The notes beneath the pieces are model-generated. The model had not been told where the DNA came from. It saw only the letters and a program-made list of their open reading frames with translations, and searched no databases. Position numbers and translations under genes: made by a program. Shown piece by piece: positions 1-8,863 of a DNA stretch of 30,007 nucleotides. Position 1 is the first letter of the stretch; every line of letters starts with the position of its first letter. This stretch comes from a virus (taxonomy: Duplodnaviria > Caudoviricetes): IMG/VR virus record IMGVR_UViG_3300020414_002119, positions 1 through 30,007 of that record; one strand, written 5' to 3'.

Positions 1-40
1 ATGGATTAGATGCGAAGGACAACTCTCAGAGAGAGCACAT

Positions 41-67
41 AAAAAAAGACCCCCCGTAAGGGGGGGG
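41..67 (-). terminator. Rho-independent terminator for the leftward small-gene cluster
   Basis: Minus strand reads CCCCCC-TTAC-GGGGGG-TC-TTTTTTT, just downstream of the 90-263 (-) ORF. Confidence 0.8.
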
Positions 68-89
68 AATCAAGTCAGTCCGGCGATGG

Positions 90-263
90 TCAGTCAACCT
101 CTGCTTGGCGCAGGGTGAAATGCTGCCTGGCACTATCTACGCTTACTAAGGTGCTTTGCGGCCAGAGCTTCGATCCCTTACCGGGGAAGAAGGTGATTAC
201 CGCTCCGTTATCACGGATGTCATAGGTGTAAGAACCTTTGAGCGTGGTGATGTTGAGTGTCAT
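90..263 (-). CDS. Small hypothetical protein, 57 aa (MTLNITTLKGSYTYDIRDNG...RQAEVD); not in the ORF track
   Basis: Translated by hand: ATG at 263, TGA at 90-92, GGAG 7 nt upstream, followed by a terminator and preceded by the repeated element. Confidence 0.7.
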   Translation of the reverse strand: MTLNITTLKGSYTYDIRDNGAVITFFPGKGSKLWPQSTLVSVDSARQHFTLRQAEVD

Positions 264-280
264 CTGGAACTCCAGATTAG

Positions 281-315
281 GAACACCCGAAGGAACCCCC
301 GGCGTAAGCCGGGGA
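281..315. repeat. 35-nt direct repeat copy 1 (16-nt motif plus CCCCGGC-GTAA-GCCGGGG hairpin)
   Basis: gaacacccgaaggaacccccggcgtaagccgggga; 34/35 identical to 536-570. Confidence 0.95.
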
Positions 316-323
316 AGCAGGGA

Positions 324-521
324 TCAAGCAACGAAGACAGAACAACCACGCGGGTCAAGCCGAAGCCACCAGAAGGCAAAGACGAACGGAACGAAAGGCA
401 GAGCCACCCGACGAGCGCAGACGACATGGCACCCGGAGGGAGCCTCGGCGAAGACCGAGGGACGGGGAGCGAAAGCGAAGCAGAAGCCAACGAGGAACGA
501 GGCGAAGAAAAGCGCGAGCAC
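324..521 (-). CDS. Small hydrophobic hypothetical protein, 65 aa
   Basis: Fills the gap between repeat copies; GTG start 14 nt after the conserved motif, the same spacing as the 579-809 gene; F/V/A-rich. Confidence 0.45.
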   Translation of the reverse strand: MLALFFASFLVGFCFAFAPRPSVFAEAPSGCHVVCARRVALPFVPFVFAFWWLRLDPRGCSVFVA

Positions 522-535
522 GAGACACGAGCACA

Positions 536-570
536 GAACACCCGGAGGAACCCCCGGCGTAAGCCGGGGA
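536..570. repeat. 35-nt direct repeat copy 2
   Basis: gaacacccggaggaacccccggcgtaagccgggga. Confidence 0.95.
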
Positions 571-578
571 GGTCGGGA

Positions 579-809
579 TCAGAAAGGGAACTCAGGTTCC
601 ATGGGGATTTGAGGAAGCGCATGCTCGAAATAGCCAGCCTCCCGCGCCCGTTGACGCAAACGTTTAACAGCGGCAAGAGCCTCTGCATCTGACGTGAAGC
701 AGTAGCGAGGCCGGTTAGCTGTTAGCCACGATTCCAGTCGGTCTGCTTTGATTTCAATACCGTTGAAGCGCAGAAGTGAAGCAGCACATTGAAGTTGAAA
801 CTTATTCAT
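579..809 (-). CDS. Small hypothetical protein, 76 aa (MNKFQLQCAASLLRF...EPEFPF)
   Basis: Part of track ORF 579-878. The ATG at 809 is preferred because it lies 14 nt after the conserved motif. Confidence 0.7.
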   Translation of the reverse strand: MNKFQLQCAASLLRFNGIEIKADRLESWLTANRPRYCFTSDAEALAAVKRLRQRAREAGYFEHALPQIPMEPEFPF

Positions 810-823
810 GGTGAACAAGTGAA

Positions 824-839
824 GAACACCCGGAGGAAC
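824..839. repeat. Partial repeat copy 3 (16-nt motif only)
   Basis: gaacacccggaggaac, identical to 536-551, without the hairpin. Confidence 0.9.
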
Positions 840-1691
840 AGCGAGCGCAAGCGAGCGAGGCTGTTGATGAGCGCACACGAAGGAGGAGCGATGCGAATGA
901 GATGTGACGAGCGAAGCCCTGCTTCTCTAGAGCGTGGATAGGAGCAAGGGGCCTCCCTTGGGAGGACCTTTGTGACATGGATAACTATGAGGGCGAGCGA
1001 CCCCTCTGGGGCGGCACATTGAATGAAGCGAAGCGACGACGCAGTGCGTGAATCCCTAACAGATGTCTGAGCTGAGGTAACACTGAAGTAGAAACTTATG
1101 TAGCGCCAGAGTATGCATTAGTGTAAACATACATGTAATGCAAACGTGAATTACGGTGGTTATCTAAGGTGATAACATTGTGATTACAGTAGTTAGCTCT
1201 AGGATAGAGCATACGTATCGCGAGGATACGTGAGTGAAACGAAAGCGAAGCTTGAGTTGAAACGAACGGAACAAATGCAAACACGAGTGTGAAACACTCG
1301 TTTGCTTCCGTTGATTAAAACTAAAGTTGCTTACGTAAAACCTACGTTCAAACAAAAGCAAATAACATTTGCAAAGCTGAAGTACTTACAAACGTAGAAG
1401 CTAACGGAGTTAACATTCAAACGAAGCAGGCAACTGTTGCTGCACTTATTTTTTTTGTTCGAGCGACCAGTCGGTCTAGTAGGTAATTTAACCCGTCACA
1501 AATTTTGTAGCAATTTTAGGGTTATATAGGGGTTTTTATTGTTGAGAAGTATTTGCAATTAGCTATTAATGTGCAATAGATTTGTAGGCTGTGTAAATAT
1601 CAACACATAAGTGACAAGTCTCAACAGTTTTTGTTAAAAATAACGTCAAACAAGTTTGTACGATAGTTATAGGTAGTTTTCAAGTCGTGAC

Positions 1692-2393
1692 ATGAAAGTC
1701 AAATATATGAATGTTGTTTATGATCTAAACAATGATTTTGATAGAGAGCAGTTAGAAATATTTGCGCGTATAGCAGGTAAAGGAGAATCCCTAGAAGAAT
1801 ACCTATTGAGAGAAACTGGCACAAATATTGCACAACCTGCTTCTGCTGATCAGCCTGAGGACTATGGTCAAAGGTATAAACAAGCCATTGAAAGAAGCGT
1901 AAGGGCGAAACAAGAGTTGGACAAACGCAAAAAACCCGAGGTTGTGGACAAAATTGACATGAATGCGCCACTTCCAGAGTATGTAACGCCGGAAGCGCTT
2001 GCGTATTACCAGATGAAAGACGATATGGCCCCCAAAGACAATGTCAATCAGTCGGCTCTAGCGGAATGGGCGGCGAATTTTGGAGATCTAGCCAACAAAA
2101 ACTACGAATATCAGGTAAAACGAGGGCGTATTACTCCTGAAGAAGTCGATAAATACTTGAATCCAGGTAATTATGCACAGGCTTTCAAGGATGACAAGAT
2201 GATGACGAGGATCGAAAGGATAACAACCCCTGCTTCTAGAGCTCAAGTACCAGAATTCGATGGATCCAGCATGAATCAGAATATTGGTATTGATGAGCAA
2301 GAGCAAATAGCGCCTGAAGTAGAGAATTTCTCACGAAACAACACTAATCCCGTAGAAGTAGAGGAACATCCCCTCTCTAACTTCTATAGATAA
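1692..2393 (+). CDS. Hypothetical protein, 233 aa
   Basis: Long ORF with ATG start, preceded by a TACGATAG box at 1659. Confidence 0.8.
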   Translation: MKVKYMNVVYDLNNDFDREQLEIFARIAGKGESLEEYLLRETGTNIAQPASADQPEDYGQRYKQAIERSVRAKQELDKRKKPEVVDKIDMNAPLPEYVTPEALAYYQMKDDMAPKDNVNQSALAEWAANFGDLANKNYEYQVKRGRITPEEVDKYLNPGNYAQAFKDDKMMTRIERITTPASRAQVPEFDGSSMNQNIGIDEQEQIAPEVENFSRNNTNPVEVEEHPLSNFYR

Positions 2394-2411
2394 TAGATAT
2401 CGAGGGTTAAT

Positions 2412-2419
2412 TACAATAG
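2412..2419 (+). promoter_or_regulatory. Putative -10-type promoter box TACAATAG
   Basis: The same 8-mer recurs 31-40 nt before five start codons. Confidence 0.6.
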
Positions 2420-2442
2420 ATCTAAGTATATAGAGTAATATT

Positions 2443-4464
2443 GTGGAGTTAAATCAGCGATATAGCGATAATCCTTTGATTCGTGGTGCTGAAGTGATTA
2501 ATCACTTTAGAGAACAAGGTAGAGGCTTGACTGAAAAGCAGATTGAACGCGCAATTATCGATAATGCTTATGCACGAGAGCTAGTACAGTCTGGTCAAAT
2601 TACAAAGCAGGAAAGAGCACGTCTCAGGGCACAAGCTAGCGATAATTTACGCCAACGAGAGCCACTATCTGAGCTGAAAGGCGTTGGATTCGCTCAAGAG
2701 TATGACGTGACTGCTGATGCAGCTCTTGAGAACGATAATGAAAGCCTTAATCTCAAAAAACAAACCGATGATCAGCGATATCGTCGCCAAATCCAGATTG
2801 CATCTGGTCAAGGCACTTCACCAGGCATTAGAGGAGATATCGATGGACAACTGAAGGAAAGAATCAGGTCACGACGAGCTCAGATTGCAGAAGATCGCTA
2901 TAAAAAACCGGACGGTATCAGAAGAAAAGTATATGAACCGGCACGGCCTGGATTCGACTACGAAGATATCACCTTAGCCCCTGCTTCTGGTGTTCGTGGT
3001 ACGACAGCACAGCAGATTCTGGGTGCAACACGCGCTGGTGATGCTGCACGGTCTGAACGACAGGCTATGCAGGATGAAGTCAAGAAGATGATCGCTGCTG
3101 ATGAAGCTCGATTGACTGATGAAGGTAGAAAGAAGCGAATCGTCAACGAAATGATTGCTAGGGGTGCCTATACCAAGCAACACCTTCGTTCACCAGTGAA
3201 CCCGGTTCTGTCAAATCCGAATTCACTCTTTGAAGCTCCTCCAGTAACGGCAAATGCTCTGCAGCTAGTGAGTACTGCACCTCCATTCCTCGCCCCAGGG
3301 GGTGGAGTTGTTGGTTATGCAGATCAAAATCTCCAATCTTTCTTAGGTGGCGTTCCAGACGATGTAGGAGTGGCAAATAAGTTGGGAATGCGGACTAAAG
3401 CTGAGTTAGCCGCAATGAGCGATCCGGCTTATGTTCAACAATTTAGTGGACTGACCGCACAACAGTTTATTGATAACTTCAACACTACAGGAGAGTATGG
3501 TAAACAGGTCACGATTGATGCACCGCTTGAGCTATCTAATTTTGTGCAAAAGCTGAGGCAAATGGCAGGTTTAAATGTCCTGCCTACAACATTCAGTGAT
3601 ATTAGAACCGCTAGTGAACTTGATAAAGCAGTAAATAATGCTGTTGGAGCATTACAGGCTGAGAAAAAGAATTTGTTTCTTGCAAAACCGCAACAAGGTA
3701 TAGATCAAGCTGCCAATATTTATGTCAAACCTAATGAGGCTGGGGTATTAGAGATTTTGGACAAAATGAGGTATGAGGACGCAGAAAAACGTTATTTGGC
3801 AATGGCATTGGATCAGCTTCAGCAAGCAAGAAGCAATCAAGTCAATGCTGCTCAAAAGTATGCATACTTCAAACGTCAACCAATGCAAGGTCCGGCTGAT
3901 CCGAGGAGGGGGACCATGTTCACTGGGGCTGGTGAGGCAATTGATGAATTTAAGAAATCAAGAATTAACTTGCAACAGGATTCTCGTATGAGAGTCGATG
4001 ACGATGCTTCTATCGGAGCGTTACCCACCGATAAGCCAGCAAGTCAACAAAGAAGCCTGCTGAGGAGAGGTCCTTTTTACAGCCGACAGACAGGTGAGTC
4101 CCGTGGACCAATTAAGGCCAGAGAACACAATATGAATGCCCTCAATGCAGAGCGACAGAGAAGGCAACTGTCTGACAATCCAATGACAAGAGACGAATAT
4201 GTGGCCGGAGTGCAGGACACCAGGGAAAAACAGGTTCAAAACTATGTAACGCAAGTAAGAGCATCACGAGATCGAAAACGTCGCGCTCAAAAGCAGCAAG
4301 ACGTACTTAATCGCAGAGGAATGCCCCCTGCAGAGCCGACTGTTCCAAGTTCTGTGGGTTATGGGGATGATCTAAGGCAGGTTCAGCAAGCTGCAGCTGA
4401 TCAAACATCAGATATGGCTCTATCGGATCTTATTCGCCGCCAACGTTCACGCAGAGGTGCTTAA
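2443..4464 (+). CDS. Large hypothetical protein, 673 aa (Q/R/A-rich; possible internal virion protein)
   Basis: Long ORF with no recognised motif; role inferred from context only. Confidence 0.8.
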   Translation: MELNQRYSDNPLIRGAEVINHFREQGRGLTEKQIERAIIDNAYARELVQSGQITKQERARLRAQASDNLRQREPLSELKGVGFAQEYDVTADAALENDNESLNLKKQTDDQRYRRQIQIASGQGTSPGIRGDIDGQLKERIRSRRAQIAEDRYKKPDGIRRKVYEPARPGFDYEDITLAPASGVRGTTAQQILGATRAGDAARSERQAMQDEVKKMIAADEARLTDEGRKKRIVNEMIARGAYTKQHLRSPVNPVLSNPNSLFEAPPVTANALQLVSTAPPFLAPGGGVVGYADQNLQSFLGGVPDDVGVANKLGMRTKAELAAMSDPAYVQQFSGLTAQQFIDNFNTTGEYGKQVTIDAPLELSNFVQKLRQMAGLNVLPTTFSDIRTASELDKAVNNAVGALQAEKKNLFLAKPQQGIDQAANIYVKPNEAGVLEILDKMRYEDAEKRYLAMALDQLQQARSNQVNAAQKYAYFKRQPMQGPADPRRGTMFTGAGEAIDEFKKSRINLQQDSRMRVDDDASIGALPTDKPASQQRSLLRRGPFYSRQTGESRGPIKAREHNMNALNAERQRRQLSDNPMTRDEYVAGVQDTREKQVQNYVTQVRASRDRKRRAQKQQDVLNRRGMPPAEPTVPSSVGYGDDLRQVQQAAADQTSDMALSDLIRRQRSRRGA

Positions 4465-4466
4465 TC

Positions 4467-4736
4467 ATGGCTAACTACCAACCAGAAGAGATCATTCAAG
4501 GTACACAGAATAGAAGAGAGCGAGAGGAGACTCCCCAAACCTTCCATGGCAATAAAAAGCGCATGGCAGGAGAAATGGGTGAGTTTGCATTGCAAATGAT
4601 GGGTAACCCTGAAGCCATTCAACAAAACAAGATGTGGATGAATGCCTTCGGTATGAGTAATCAAGGTATGCAATGGAATCAAGCTAAAATGATGATGATG
4701 GGTGGTGGAGAACCACCACAAAAAGAGGGCGAATAA
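4467..4736 (+). CDS. Hypothetical M/Q/G-rich protein, 89 aa
   Basis: Starts 2 nt after the previous stop, with GAGG upstream. Confidence 0.7.
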   Translation: MANYQPEEIIQGTQNRREREETPQTFHGNKKRMAGEMGEFALQMMGNPEAIQQNKMWMNAFGMSNQGMQWNQAKMMMMGGGEPPQKEGE

Positions 4737-4737
4737 A

Positions 4738-5340
4738 ATGCTTGGTTTAGCAACACGGACTATTCCTTATGTAACTGGTCTCTTACGTGGCAAGAAGGCT
4801 GTAGATGGCATTTTGAAAGCCAAGCAAGCAACACAAGCCGCTAAGTCCGCAATGAATGCGGGTGTGGCCACTAGGGGCGGTGTGAAGAGCGGATTGGACC
4901 TGCTTATCGGGAAAGAGCTAATGCGGAGGCCTGGACAGCTTGCTTGGCGGGTTGGTCCTGATGCGGCTTTCGCTGCGTTTAATGCAGCATCAATGCCTGG
5001 TGACCCATTAGATAAAGGCCTGGCTTTCGGAACCGAGTTTGGGATAAGTGCTTTACCAGGCCTGAGTCTTTCCAGGGCTGCAAAGCGGTTTGGTGCTGAT
5101 GAGGGTATGCAAATTGGATTGGACATGCTCGGAAGCTATGGAGGAGCCTTTGCTTCATACCCAGCTACTGATGCCCTGCTTCGGATGAAGGGTGGTGGCA
5201 TGACCCCCTACGACAAGTTGGCCCTCCAACAGCAACAAGAACTGGAAGAGCAGCTCCGCCAGAAGTTCATGATTGAGTACGGCCTATCTCCCTACAGCGG
5301 AACCGACCCATACATGGTCGCTAACGGATTGTCGGCATGA
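4738..5340 (+). CDS. Hypothetical G/A-rich protein, ~200 aa (possible ejection protein)
   Basis: Track ORF 4702-5340; the ATG at 4738, right after the previous TAA, is the more likely start. Confidence 0.75.
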   Translation: MLGLATRTIPYVTGLLRGKKAVDGILKAKQATQAAKSAMNAGVATRGGVKSGLDLLIGKELMRRPGQLAWRVGPDAAFAAFNAASMPGDPLDKGLAFGTEFGISALPGLSLSRAAKRFGADEGMQIGLDMLGSYGGAFASYPATDALLRMKGGGMTPYDKLALQQQQELEEQLRQKFMIEYGLSPYSGTDPYMVANGLSA

Positions 5341-6587
5341 ACTTAGAAGACCTAATTGGCCAAGAACGAGCCAATCGACTGCAGAGTCAGGGACGTCGTC
5401 TTAAACAGGGTTTTAAAGATTCCTTTGGTGAAGGTCGAGAGGATTCGATCAAAGCCCTGCATCTAGCGAGGGAGTTAGAAGGTAAGGACGCGAACGCTGT
5501 CCGGGCAAGCTCACTGTTAGGAACCACCCCACTGTTTACACGGACCAGGGATCTACTTGGGTTGTCGAATCCAACGCATCGAGAGGTTCGGAGGAGCATG
5601 GGCATGGGCCTGAGTGATGACCGGGCCGTCAAGACTGGTCAGATCATGGGAACCATCGCCAATGATCTGGTGAATGATTCCACTCGCTCAATTTGGTGGT
5701 TACTGAATGCACCCCAGGCGACTGCCAATGTCCTGAATGAGCTTGCACTCAAGAGTGGGAATAACAAGCTGTATTCAGCAAGCATGGTGCGGGACAACTC
5801 CCGATACCAAAAGGGAATGCCTGTTCTGAAGACAGATCCAAAGACAGGTGAGGTTTTAAAAGACAATCGTCAATTTGATGATGCTGTGCGTGCCGGAGTT
5901 GTGGACTACAACACAGGACGTACGAAAAAAGGCATCAGCGTCAAAGGGGGTAAGTACTACAGGCGTGACTATGAACCGACAGATGTCGCTGCCCTGGGGA
6001 TCCTTCCTGGTGCTGCGATCAACTTTGGTTTGGGACTAATGACTCCCTTTGGTGGAGCAGAAGGTTATGAAGCGGCTGTTCCCTCAGCGGCTGATCCAAG
6101 CAAGACGGACAACGTTATTGCAGAGGTGGCTTTGAAGTACTTCCTAGGAAGGACAGGCAACCTGCTTCCTTACGAGGAGTTCAAGAAGGTCAGGCCAGAC
6201 GTCAGCAAGGGTGAGTACAACGCTTACAAGGCGTTCAAGTGGGATAAGGAGACCGATCTCGATCTGCGTGATGGGGACTTCACTCTCCCTGCTGGAATCC
6301 TGAAAGGAACCACAGAAGGTATCCACGGTCCAGAGATCCAGTTCTTAGGCAGAAGCATGCCTTTGACAACTGCATTGATTCCATATGCCTCAACAGTGGC
6401 AGGAACCGTTGCAGGCGTACGTACAAAGCGTCCGATCCGTCAGGGATTGCGAGGTGGTCTTGCGGGCTTCGTAGGTGGACAAGCTTTAGGACAAGGATTA
6501 GAAGCACTTCGTAGAAGTCGTAACATGGAAACAAGTGCTCCAGTTACACAAGCATTAGATCCAGAATCAACAACAGTGGGACTTTGA
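5337..6587 (+). CDS. Hypothetical protein, 416 aa, with glycine-rich hydrophobic segments (possible ejection protein)
   Basis: ATGA overlap with the upstream gene; segments AALGILPGAAINFGLGL and GGLAGFVGGQALGQG. Confidence 0.8.
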   Translation: MNLEDLIGQERANRLQSQGRRLKQGFKDSFGEGREDSIKALHLARELEGKDANAVRASSLLGTTPLFTRTRDLLGLSNPTHREVRRSMGMGLSDDRAVKTGQIMGTIANDLVNDSTRSIWWLLNAPQATANVLNELALKSGNNKLYSASMVRDNSRYQKGMPVLKTDPKTGEVLKDNRQFDDAVRAGVVDYNTGRTKKGISVKGGKYYRRDYEPTDVAALGILPGAAINFGLGLMTPFGGAEGYEAAVPSAADPSKTDNVIAEVALKYFLGRTGNLLPYEEFKKVRPDVSKGEYNAYKAFKWDKETDLDLRDGDFTLPAGILKGTTEGIHGPEIQFLGRSMPLTTALIPYASTVAGTVAGVRTKRPIRQGLRGGLAGFVGGQALGQGLEALRRSRNMETSAPVTQALDPESTTVGL

Positions 6588-6588
6588 T

Positions 6589-7002
6589 ATGGCCGTAGAT
6601 CGACTAGCTACAAGTATCTTTGATTTTTATCCAGATTCACCAAACTATGGTTTGCAAAATACAGCTGGGGCACAGCAAGAAGCATTCACTCGGATGTCTG
6701 ATCGAAACAACGAAGCAGCACTGAAGGAAGCTGAGTTAAGAGCAAAGATCTCTGCATTGCAAACTGCATCACAAGTCAATCAAATGGACAATAGATCAAG
6801 CAATCAATTGTTCAGTGATATTGGTAGTGCTGTTCTGGCTCCAACAATGGCGTATATGGGTACCATGGGTTCTGGTAATATTAGTCCAACATTAGATGGC
6901 TTATCACCTACAGCATATAATGACTTTACCCCTCCAAATATTAGTGACTATGGGGGCTGGGAACAGGACTTCTCTTCCTTTGGGTTTGGCATATCACCCT
7001 AA
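6589..7002 (+). CDS. Hypothetical protein, 137 aa, sharing a 38-aa module with the muramidase N-terminus
   Basis: SPNY...RNNEAALKEAELRAKI aligns with the 8864-9979 product. Confidence 0.75.
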   Translation: MAVDRLATSIFDFYPDSPNYGLQNTAGAQQEAFTRMSDRNNEAALKEAELRAKISALQTASQVNQMDNRSSNQLFSDIGSAVLAPTMAYMGTMGSGNISPTLDGLSPTAYNDFTPPNISDYGGWEQDFSSFGFGISP

Positions 7003-7047
7003 GTAAAACTGATGATAAAATGAATAAAGGATATTAGTCAAAAGTAA

Positions 7048-7719
7048 ATGGCAACAAGCAATTATCCGAATAATTTTGATCCAAATAGTTTCCGATTTGG
7101 ATTGTCGCGAAGTGCTGGAGGTGATATTGGTAGTGCTTCGGGACTAAGCACCCTGCCAGAAGCGTTTGGCTTGGTCGAAAGTAAGGGTACTGCCTGGGAT
7201 GAATTTAATACTGAATTTCAAAAGTTAAAGGCTGCCGAGCAAAGAGCATTGGATCAGGCAGTCACAAGAGAAGAGGCAATGCAGATTGCTTATGAGCAAG
7301 CCAAAGAAAATAATGACAGACTAGAAAGTCAAGCCGATAAAGATTCTTTTCGGTCCAAACTAGGTACGGGCCTGAAGTTGGCGGGGACGATTGGCGCTGG
7401 TCTGATTATGGCAAGCGATGAAAGGACGAAGAATACAATTGAGACCTTAGAAGATGCTTGCAAGATTCTCAATGCATTGAAGCCTGTCAGCTATTACTAC
7501 AACGAGGAATATACCGCGAACCCAGAAAGAATGCATTACGGGTTTATTGCACAACAATACGCTCATGTGATGCCTGATCAAACATACTACGATGAAAGCA
7601 TTGATAAACTATGTATAGACACCAGCGATCTTATTGCTGTACTTGTAAGAGGGTATCAGCAGTTAGAAAGCAGGATTCAGCGCTTAGAACTATCACACAC
7701 GATTCTTGGAGATAAATAA
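7048..7719 (+). CDS. Virion protein with C-terminal intramolecular chaperone (peptidase S74-type) domain
   Basis: ASDERTKN...LKPVSYYY...GFIAQQ...IDTSDLIAVLVRGYQQL matches the SDxRxK / GFIAQ pattern. Confidence 0.8.
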   Translation: MATSNYPNNFDPNSFRFGLSRSAGGDIGSASGLSTLPEAFGLVESKGTAWDEFNTEFQKLKAAEQRALDQAVTREEAMQIAYEQAKENNDRLESQADKDSFRSKLGTGLKLAGTIGAGLIMASDERTKNTIETLEDACKILNALKPVSYYYNEEYTANPERMHYGFIAQQYAHVMPDQTYYDESIDKLCIDTSDLIAVLVRGYQQLESRIQRLELSHTILGDK

Positions 7720-8162
7720 TGTCAGTAGCGATTGTCAAGGCAGTCACAGGAGCAAATCGGGGTCGTGGAGCTGCGCTGCTTGACCTGATTAAGCGTGGGC
7801 TAGCTAATGCGGATAAATACGTCTCAGGACTGGACTACAACCGTGGGGCTCAGATCCTGCTTGGTAATGACGCCAATGTGCAGCGCTCTCTGCGTCGTGG
7901 TACAGCAAAAGCCCTGGAAGCAGGTATGGGAATAGCTAACAAGACACCGTTCTATAGCGCTACTCCTGAAGCAATTAGAGAAGCCGCTTATCGGACTGCA
8001 CTTGGTCCAACCTCTAGCAACATTCTCCGTGCAGCACCGGCAACAGCGGCACTGGGAACACTGGCATTAGGTGGAGCTGCAGTTGATGCAGTCACTGAGT
8101 CGGAGGATGAGCGCAACCTGCGTCTGGCACTGGAGTTACTACAGCAGAGAGGATATTCATGA
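7719..8162 (+). CDS. Hypothetical A/G-rich protein, 147 aa
   Basis: TAATG coupling; hydrophobic segment AALGTLALGGAAV. Confidence 0.75.
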   Translation: MSVAIVKAVTGANRGRGAALLDLIKRGLANADKYVSGLDYNRGAQILLGNDANVQRSLRRGTAKALEAGMGIANKTPFYSATPEAIREAAYRTALGPTSSNILRAAPATAALGTLALGGAAVDAVTESEDERNLRLALELLQQRGYS

Positions 8163-8863
8163 TTGATTTACTTGCCATTGCACAATTTGCATTACCAGCA
8201 TTAGGAGGCGCTGCAGCCTTATCTAAGGCTGGAGCAATTGCAACAGGATTAACTAAAGCAGCACTAACCGGTTTAACAGCTTACGAAGGAGCCAAAATGA
8301 TTCCATATTTCACAAACCATGAAGACGTCTTAAGGGATCTCGCCACAAATAAGAAGCGGGACCCGATGACCGGAAATATGAACTTGAATTGGTTGGACAG
8401 ACTGAGAGCTGGTGGAGCAAACCTTGGAGGACTCAATGATGACGGAAAGATTACCAATGAAGAATTACAAGAATATCTTATTGGGGTACAAAGGAATGCT
8501 AAGTTAACAGATCAAGCAGAGCAAATTGCCGACGCGGAATTTGGCGTCAGGCTAAAAGATGCAGAGACTCCAAAGCATGTCAAAGATGAAAGGAAAGCCA
8601 ATATAGATTTTCTGGATGCACAAACAAAAGGAATAGGGAGTAATTTTGAATTAAATAAAACAAAAACTTTAGGAGATATTTCAAGGGCAGCAGCAGAAAT
8701 AGAATTGGCTCGTCAACAAGGAATTGGTGCCAATCAAGTGGCTCTTGAACGTCTTGGACTTGAAGAGCAAGCCATGCTTATCAATAGTGCTGAGCGTGAG
8801 CGGGTTAGAGCAGATGACCGTCGTCAAGCCATCTTTATGGCACTCATGGCCTTGATGAACTGA
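8159..8863 (+). CDS. Hypothetical protein, 234 aa, hydrophobic N-terminus and helical C-terminus (pilot/ejection-like)
   Basis: ATGA coupling; N-terminal LLAIAQFALPALGGAAAL. Confidence 0.75.
   Translation: MIDLLAIAQFALPALGGAAALSKAGAIATGLTKAALTGLTAYEGAKMIPYFTNHEDVLRDLATNKKRDPMTGNMNLNWLDRLRAGGANLGGLNDDGKITNEELQEYLIGVQRNAKLTDQAEQIADAEFGVRLKDAETPKHVKDERKANIDFLDAQTKGIGSNFELNKTKTLGDISRAAAEIELARQQGIGANQVALERLGLEEQAMLINSAERERVRADDRRQAIFMALMALMN

Noticed and set aside
156-692. Plus-strand ORFs 156-692 and 238-612, and minus-strand ORF 260-688
   Set aside because: Probably shadows of the purine-skewed, T-poor sequence. They run through the repeats, while SD, terminator and motif spacing support the three small minus-strand genes.
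281-839. 35-nt repeats as a mini-CRISPR
   Set aside because: Only two full copies, separated by more than 200 nt containing ORFs; no cas genes in the window.
1096-1361. Minus-strand ORFs 1096-1284 and 1164-1361
   Set aside because: Non-ATG starts, no SD, and they lie within the palindrome-rich non-coding region.
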